Below are positions 26,803-32,000 of a DNA stretch of 32,000 bases, in pieces. Each line of letters begins with the position of its first letter. Position 1 is the stretch's first letter. Under the pieces are notes generated by a model. It did not search any database. It worked only from the letters and a program-made list of their open reading frames with translations, and was not told the origin of the DNA. Source of the DNA: Aliivibrio fischeri ES114 (GTDB lineage: Bacteria > Pseudomonadota > Gammaproteobacteria > Enterobacterales > Vibrionaceae). Made by a program: the position numbers and the translations under genes. Location: the NCBI RefSeq assembly GCF_000011805.1, contig NC_006841.2, one strand, 5' to 3'.

Positions 26803-27717
26803 ATGAAAAACTTTGATTTAAATCTTTTACGAACTTTGAATGTTTTATTAGAAACCCGTAGCACAACTATCGCAGCCACACGATTACATACTAGCCAACC
26901 TGCGATCAGCCGTTCATTGCGTAAATTGAGAGATATATTTCAAGATGATTTACTTATCAGAAAAAATGGCAGATTTCAGTTAACAGTAAAAGCTGAAGAA
27001 TTAACACAAACACTTCCAATGATATTTAATGGCATTGATGAACTAATGTGGAATGCCGAACCATTTGAACCACTTAGCGCTTCTAATGATCTAACTATTG
27101 CGATGAATTCTTCTATTGCTCAATGGTTTGCTCCAATTTTAATTCAGCATTTATCACAAACCGCACCAAATATATCACTCACGATTGTTGATTGGACAGA
27201 GTCATCACCTGATGATATCGCTGATGGTACTGTTCAATACGGAATTAACTATTTCCCAATGGATTTACCTAAACATTTAATACAAAGAAAAGGCGGAACG
27301 GATTCTTTCGTTTTAGCATGCCAAAAAGAACATCAGCATATAGGGAAAGTAATGAAAGCTATAGATTTTGAGCAATACCCTATTGCCATTCATGTAATTC
27401 AAAATTGGAATGATAAGAAAGATCACCTATCTCGAATATTAACGCCAATGGATATTAAGCCCTCAATCAAACTTCGTAGCTCGCACTTAAACATTATTCT
27501 ACAAGCCATAGTGCAGTCAGATATGTTATTGCCGTGTTCTAAATATTTAGCTCAGAGCCTTGATGAACGATTTAGCTATATTGAGTTTGATCAATCATTA
27601 ACAACACCAGAAGGTAACTTTGGTTTTGTATACGCAGTAAAATGGCGGAATGATCCTTTTTTACAGTGGTTAAATGCTTCTATTTCTAATTTAGTAAATA
27701 CGAAATTAATACAATAA
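26803..27717 (+). CDS. LysR-family transcriptional regulator
   Basis: N-terminal LNLLRTLNVLLETRSTTIAATRLHTSQPAISRSLRKLRD wHTH plus a LysR effector-binding domain. Divergent from the DUF1254/1214 operon. Confidence 0.8.
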   Translation: MKNFDLNLLRTLNVLLETRSTTIAATRLHTSQPAISRSLRKLRDIFQDDLLIRKNGRFQLTVKAEELTQTLPMIFNGIDELMWNAEPFEPLSASNDLTIAMNSSIAQWFAPILIQHLSQTAPNISLTIVDWTESSPDDIADGTVQYGINYFPMDLPKHLIQRKGGTDSFVLACQKEHQHIGKVMKAIDFEQYPIAIHVIQNWNDKKDHLSRILTPMDIKPSIKLRSSHLNIILQAIVQSDMLLPCSKYLAQSLDERFSYIEFDQSLTTPEGNFGFVYAVKWRNDPFLQWLNASISNLVNTKLIQ

Positions 27718-27745
27718 AAAAAGCCTCTATTACAGAGGCTTTAAA
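27718..27745. terminator. Bidirectional terminator (family A copy 2)
   Basis: AAAAAAAGCCTCT-ATTAC-AGAGGCTTTAAA between the convergent LysR and NRAMP-like genes. Confidence 0.65.
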
Positions 27746-27760
27746 TTAACTTAATAGGTA

Positions 27761-29035
27761 TTACATAAGCCATTTCCACCAAACAAAAATAGCTAAAAAT
27801 CCAAATAAATAGATCAAACCAACAATGGATAACGCTTTTAATTTTGCTCCCATTCTTAGTTCATCTGGCAATTCCGTTTTTGTTACTAGAATATAATTCA
27901 GAGCAGCAAAAATCGGTGTTGTAATAAACGCCATGATCATTGCAAAATCTAACATACTCATTAAAGAAGAAATAAACAAAGTAACAATGGTAATCGCCAA
28001 TACAGAAACAATCATAACCCAAGAGTTATAATGTTTTGGCTGATTTAATGGTTTACGCTGTAGCAATAATTGAGCCTCCGATACCGCTCTTGAATAGCCA
28101 TCAATCACCGTAATGGTGCTTCCAAAAATACAGAAAAAGGCGATAACAGCTATCAAATACCGTGACCACTCACCTATTGTTGCAGCATAAATTCCCACTA
28201 ACTGATGGGAAAAACCAATGCCTGATGCTTTGAATTCAATTCCCGAACCGTATAACACCAAAGCTCCTAAAGATAAAAAAACGACAGCAAGAATCGCGGT
28301 TCCAATATAACCAACATTAAAATCAAACAAGGCAGATTGTGGTGTTACCTTTTGAGTTTGACACTGACGCTTTAACCACATAGATGTAATACTTGAGATC
28401 TCGATAGGTGCAGGCATCCACCCCATAGTAATAACCAAAAAACCAATAGACGCAATTGACCAAACCGAAGGACCTTGATAATCAGTAGGAGCAACAGCAC
28501 CATTAGAAAACGCAACACCTAAGGCTATCGTTGTCGCAATCGTTAATGTGGCCATAATTAATTTAGACAGTTTATCTAAGGCTTTAAAATGTCCTGCAAA
28601 TAATATTGTTATACAAGTAATTAGAACAATGCTAGACAACACATTTAAAGAAAGATCAAAAGGTAAAAAATAGCCTAATAAACTTGCGCTAAATAGCAAT
28701 AAAGCTGCGGTATTAACGACAGCTGAAATTGCACTTAATACTAAAAACACCCATAAATAACCTCGTCCTAATTTATGATAGCCTTGAATGATACTGTCCC
28801 CAGTACCAAGGGTATATTGAACTCCAGCTCTGAAGAATGGGTATTTTAGCAAATTAACCGCGAGAATTAGCAGCAACATTTCCCATCCATAGATTGCCCC
28901 AGCCTTGGTTGAAGCCACCAAATGAGACCCACCAACAGCCGCTGCGGCCATCATAATGCCTGGGCCTAACGACCGAGAAAGATCACTTATTTTTAATTTT
29001 GGCTTCATGCCATTTTGTGTACAAGACGGTTCCAT
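27761..29035 (-). CDS. NRAMP (SLC11)-fold transporter lacking the canonical DPGN metal-site motif
   Basis: 424 aa, about 11 TM. LGPGIMMAAAAVGGSHLVASTKAGAIYGW aligns without gaps to the MntH TM1 region [29 protein letters not shown]. The TM6-like region reads MGWMPAP. AAGGA SD lies 5 nt before ATG 29035. Confidence 0.7.
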   Translation of the reverse strand: MEPSCTQNGMKPKLKISDLSRSLGPGIMMAAAAVGGSHLVASTKAGAIYGWEMLLLILAVNLLKYPFFRAGVQYTLGTGDSIIQGYHKLGRGYLWVFLVLSAISAVVNTAALLLFSASLLGYFLPFDLSLNVLSSIVLITCITILFAGHFKALDKLSKLIMATLTIATTIALGVAFSNGAVAPTDYQGPSVWSIASIGFLVITMGWMPAPIEISSITSMWLKRQCQTQKVTPQSALFDFNVGYIGTAILAVVFLSLGALVLYGSGIEFKASGIGFSHQLVGIYAATIGEWSRYLIAVIAFFCIFGSTITVIDGYSRAVSEAQLLLQRKPLNQPKHYNSWVMIVSVLAITIVTLFISSLMSMLDFAMIMAFITTPIFAALNYILVTKTELPDELRMGAKLKALSIVGLIYLFGFLAIFVWWKWLM

Positions 29036-29182
29036 ATCTATCCTTTTAATAACAACACTGCCTCACTAACCCTGTGAGCAAGTACAATTTAATTTGAATT
29101 AACAATTAAGTTACATAAAGGCGCGATTTTAATCAATTGCAAAGTAGAGAATTAACCCAAACAATACCGTATCACGACAAAT

Positions 29183-29198
29183 AGTTATTGGAATAACT
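29183..29198. promoter_or_regulatory. Perfect palindrome, candidate MarR operator
   Basis: AGTTATT-GG-AATAACT has 7-bp perfect arms and lies in the divergent region between the NRAMP-like and MarR genes. Confidence 0.35.
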
Positions 29199-29300
29199 CA
29201 TTAACCAGCTAATTACATAGAAAAGATTGAGAATAGTGCGAACATCAGTACAATGCGGAAATAACCATTTAATCTCGCACTCATACAGAAGGTCTGTCAC

Positions 29301-29774
29301 TTGGAAAAACATGAAGAAGTTCTGGTCGCTATACGCCAAATAATTCGAGCTATCGATTTACACTCGAAAAAGTTAAGCAAAGAGTATGGGTTAACAGGCC
29401 CTCAACTGATACTCATGCGCGCGATTCAAGAAATGGATAATGTGACAATCAAAGAGCTATCAAAACATACTAATGTAAGCCAAGCGACAACAACGACCAT
29501 CATTGATCGTTTAGAACTTAACGGCTATGTTCAACGAATTCGTAGCGAATCTGACCGTCGTAAAGTTCATGCTCATTTAACGGATAAAGGAAAAGAGTTA
29601 CTGGATAACGCTCCTCTTCCTTTACAAGACAGCTTTGTAAATAAATTTCATAATCTAGAAGCATGGGAACAGAGTCTTCTTTTATCATCGGTACAGCGTG
29701 TATCCGCGATGATGAATGCAGAAGATATCGATGCAGCTCCAGTACTACAACTTGAAGGCATTGCTAAAAGTTAA
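29301..29774 (+). CDS. MarR-family transcriptional regulator (TTG start)
   Basis: 157 aa. wHTH LTGPQLILMRAIQEMDNVTIKELSKHTNVSQATTTTIIDRLELNGYVQRIRSESDRRKV. AGAAGG SD lies 8 nt before TTG 29301, and no in-frame ATG is nearby. Confidence 0.8.
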   Translation: MEKHEEVLVAIRQIIRAIDLHSKKLSKEYGLTGPQLILMRAIQEMDNVTIKELSKHTNVSQATTTTIIDRLELNGYVQRIRSESDRRKVHAHLTDKGKELLDNAPLPLQDSFVNKFHNLEAWEQSLLLSSVQRVSAMMNAEDIDAAPVLQLEGIAKS

Positions 29775-29804
29775 TAATCGTACAAGTCACTCACTTTCTA
29801 AAAC

Positions 29805-29834
29805 AAAAAGCCTCTTTTTACAGAGGCTTTTTGT
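29805..29834 (+). terminator. Rho-independent terminator of the MarR gene (family A copy 3)
   Basis: AAAAAGCCTCT-TTTTAC-AGAGGCTTTTTG. Confidence 0.7.
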
Positions 29835-29928
29835 TGAATCCTAATCAAAAAAATCGACTGATGCATCACTCATCATGCCGTCTTTGTGTAAACTGAACCC
29901 TTGTATTCAAACTCATAAAGAAGTCATT

Positions 29929-30885
29929 ATGGATAACCTCATTACACAGTTATTATTTTCAGCTTCAATAACTGGCCCTATTTGTGTCATGTTGCTATTA
30001 GGTGTTCTACTTAAACGTATCCATCTCATTAATGATAATTTTATTGAAGTTGCATCTAAGTTGGTCTTTCAAGTGACTTTACCAGCCATGCTTTTTTTAA
30101 GTATTGTAAACGCCAAACATGATTTTTCTTCAAGTAGTCACTTAATCATCTATGGGCTTATTGCTAACTTTGTTTTCTTTCTTTTCACGATTTACTCCAC
30201 CCGATTTGCTTTTAAAAACAAGCAAAATCACGGCGTTATTATTCAAGGAGGGTTTCGCGCTAACACAGCGATCATCGCTTTAGCTTATGTGGCTAATGCT
30301 TATGGAAATACTGGCGTTGCACTCGCTGCTATCTATGTCGCTTCAACAACCATTTTATATAATATTCAGGCCGTTATAGCCCTTACACCTAAGAATGAGA
30401 ACAATAAAAAACAAGCTGTTGGGATAATAATAAAAACACTCACTAAAAACCCATTAATTATTTCCATTGTATTAGGTATTATTTGTTCTCTTCTCTCTAT
30501 TCCTGTACCTGGTATGCTTTCACAAGCCGGACAATACTTTGCCAATATGACGCTTCCTTTAGCTTTACTATGTGCCGGAGGTTCACTTAATTTACATTCA
30601 ATGAAAGAAGAGAGTGCTGCTACGTGGTTTGCTACAAGCTATAAACTTATCTTAAGTCCATTATTCATTACGTCAGGAGGGATCCTCGTAGGATTTAGAG
30701 GATTAGAGTTAGGGCTTATTTTCTTTATGAGTGCAGCACCAACAGCTGCAGCAAGTTATGTAATGGCTAGAGCAATGGGGGGAAATGCAATATTAGCGGC
30801 AAACATTATCGCTCAAACAACCGTAGCCTCACTGTTTACTTGCACTCTAGGTATATTTGTTTTGTCATCATTTAATCTAATTTAA
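29929..30885 (+). CDS. AEC (auxin efflux carrier) family transporter
   Basis: About 318 aa and 10 TM. Typical AEC N-terminus (ITGPICVMLLLGVLLKR) and C-terminal half (AAPTAAASYVMA). Start set at MDNLITQ (ATG 29929) rather than the 18-codon-longer ORF-track start. Confidence 0.8.
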   Translation: MDNLITQLLFSASITGPICVMLLLGVLLKRIHLINDNFIEVASKLVFQVTLPAMLFLSIVNAKHDFSSSSHLIIYGLIANFVFFLFTIYSTRFAFKNKQNHGVIIQGGFRANTAIIALAYVANAYGNTGVALAAIYVASTTILYNIQAVIALTPKNENNKKQAVGIIIKTLTKNPLIISIVLGIICSLLSIPVPGMLSQAGQYFANMTLPLALLCAGGSLNLHSMKEESAATWFATSYKLILSPLFITSGGILVGFRGLELGLIFFMSAAPTAAASYVMARAMGGNAILAANIIAQTTVASLFTCTLGIFVLSSFNLI

Positions 30886-30929
30886 TAAATTTTTTGGAAA
30901 ATGAAAAAACAGTATCCTATATATAGTAA

Positions 30930-31051
30930 TACCAACATCGTTAATGTGATGCTCAATTATTACTGATGTTGGTACAATGTATCTACTATTGTTTTAGTTA
31001 ATATCACGTTTTTCCAGAGAAGTTTCCCCTTAAGTTCTCTGGAATTTTTTT
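30930..31051 (+). ncRNA. Candidate small RNA or 3'UTR-derived RNA (5' hairpin, AU-rich linker, terminator)
   Basis: Possible promoter: TTGGAA (30894-30899), 18 nt, TATATA (30918-30923). A 10-bp perfect hairpin TACCAACATC / GATGTTGGTA (30930-30939 / 30965-30974) follows, then an AU-rich linker. The unit ends in a terminator hairpin with a T7 run at 31012-31051. There is no expression evidence. Confidence 0.25.
31012..31051 (+). terminator. Strong plus-strand Rho-independent terminator
   Basis: 10-bp stem TTCCAGAGAA / TTCTCTGGAA (31012-31021 / 31035-31044), a 13-nt loop, then TTTTTTT (31045-31051). It lies 126 nt after the AEC stop and 5 nt from the stop of the convergent OMP gene. Confidence 0.7.
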
Positions 31052-31056
31052 GTCTA

Positions 31057-32000
31057 TTATAACGTGTAGCGAACACCAAAAGTGAACGCGATATCAGTCG
31101 AGTTATCCATATTTATTGCATTTTCAATAACAGAAAACTCAAACGCGGCCTTCTCCAATAAATAACGGTAACCTAAAACATATTCATGTGAGGACTCTGA
31201 AAAATCATCACTATCATCAACCATACCTTCATAGTTATGATAAGAAGTAACAATATGATGCGATGGTGTAATGGCGTAACCATAACCAATAGCGAAAGCG
31301 AACGTATTTTCTTTATACGGTAACTCATTAATCACCGCATCATCATGAAAAGTGACTCCAAGCGTGGAAAAAATAGCGTGTTTCCCATAGTTAAAGCTGT
31401 AGTTTGCCTGTAAGCCTTGTTCAAAAGCCTCTCTTTTAAAATGACCACTATTCACCTTATTAAAATATAAACTAGCGCCTAAACTCACTGCATTATGTTC
31501 ATTGGCAAACAATTGATATTCTAAATAGCTATGAAGTGCACTTGATAATGTCTCGTTTTCAAAATCTTGAATATCCACCCCATACTTAGGCACCGAGATT
31601 GAAAATTGATCATCTTCGACTTCATCTCTTCCATTTTGGCCAATGCCAAAAAAGTCATGGAAACCATAAACAAAAGAATCCAGCCTATTGTTCCCCGCGT
31701 AGTTATATTGATATTTTAACTCCGCTTTAAATTTAGAGGTGATTTGCCATTGTGCTCCAGTGACTATTTGGTTTTGATAGTAATCCATACTGAAACTTTC
31801 TGAATGAGCCCAAACACTAGAAATGGTACCAGTAGCAAACAGCTCTACAGAATCGTCTTTCATAGCAAAAGCAGAACGAAGCTCTGTCGTTAAGCTATTG
31901 GATTGTATTGGAGACTGAGCGTAAGTTTTTAATGGCGTGACAGCAGTATCAGCCTGTACCCAAGAAGAAGACAGACCAACTATGGTTGGAATTAAAGTCA
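31057..32000 (-). CDS. Outer-membrane beta-barrel protein (uncharacterised), N-terminus beyond the window edge
   Basis: The reading frame stays open upstream of the ORF-track Met to the window end. It reads ..TLIPTIVGLSSSWVQA|DTAVTPLK.., a signal-peptide end. The body has an alternating-hydrophobic, Tyr/Gly-rich strand pattern with a C-terminal FTFGVRYTL. Confidence 0.6.
   Translation of the reverse strand, partial: TLIPTIVGLSSSWVQADTAVTPLKTYAQSPIQSNSLTTELRSAFAMKDDSVELFATGTISSVWAHSESFSMDYYQNQIVTGAQWQITSKFKAELKYQYNYAGNNRLDSFVYGFHDFFGIGQNGRDEVEDDQFSISVPKYGVDIQDFENETLSSALHSYLEYQLFANEHNAVSLGASLYFNKVNSGHFKREAFEQGLQANYSFNYGKHAIFSTLGVTFHDDAVINELPYKENTFAFAIGYGYAITPSHHIVTSYHNYEGMVDDSDDFSESSHEYVLGYRYLLEKAAFEFSVIENAINMDNSTDIAFTFGVRYTL

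Noticed and set aside
1-32000. Search for CRISPR arrays, integrase/transposase genes, inverted terminal repeats, tRNA/rRNA genes, toxin-antitoxin pairs or known defence genes
   Set aside because: None was seen. The only recurring short repeats are terminator hairpins. No ORF carries recombinase, nuclease-helicase, reverse-transcriptase or TA-like motifs that I can recognise.

Overview
This is an AT-rich gammaproteobacterial chromosomal window, almost certainly Vibrionaceae and Aliivibrio-like. It opens with the 3' end of a syp-type polysaccharide locus: a partial glycosyltransferase, then sypQ-like and sypR-like genes. Next comes a GAF / degenerate-GGDEF / EAL gene, the position occupied by binA next to syp in Aliivibrio fischeri. 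The rest is about 30 mostly unrelated one- to three-gene units:
- DUF1415 and a CPHC thioredoxin-fold protein
- a YgiW-type OB-fold protein
- the conserved tesA / ybbA-ybbP module
- the divergent maoP-hdfR pair
- mgtE
- a LysR / OYE reductase / signal-less OpuAC-like unit
- a sulP-usp operon
- a MerR regulator, a GNAT, an EamA transporter and a 3D-domain lipoprotein
- Tat-exported PhoX
- an orphan secreted protein
- two tandem exported DUF1254/DUF1214 paralogs with a divergent LysR
- an atypical NRAMP-fold transporter divergent from a MarR-AEC pair
- a partial outer-membrane beta-barrel gene running off the right edge

I saw no rRNA, tRNA, CRISPR array, transposase, integrase, phage gene or recognisable defence gene. 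I cannot point to a clear-cut novel system. The least explained pieces are:
- the LysR-controlled exported DUF1254/DUF1214 pair
- the OYE gene translationally coupled to a cytoplasmic betaine-binding-type domain
- a promoter-hairpin-terminator unit resembling an Hfq-type sRNA at 30.9-31.05 kb
- two long, unusually structured or GC-enriched leaders upstream of mgtE and sulP
- an NRAMP homolog that lacks the DPGN metal-binding motif

All family calls come from by-eye motif recognition. No database searches were run.
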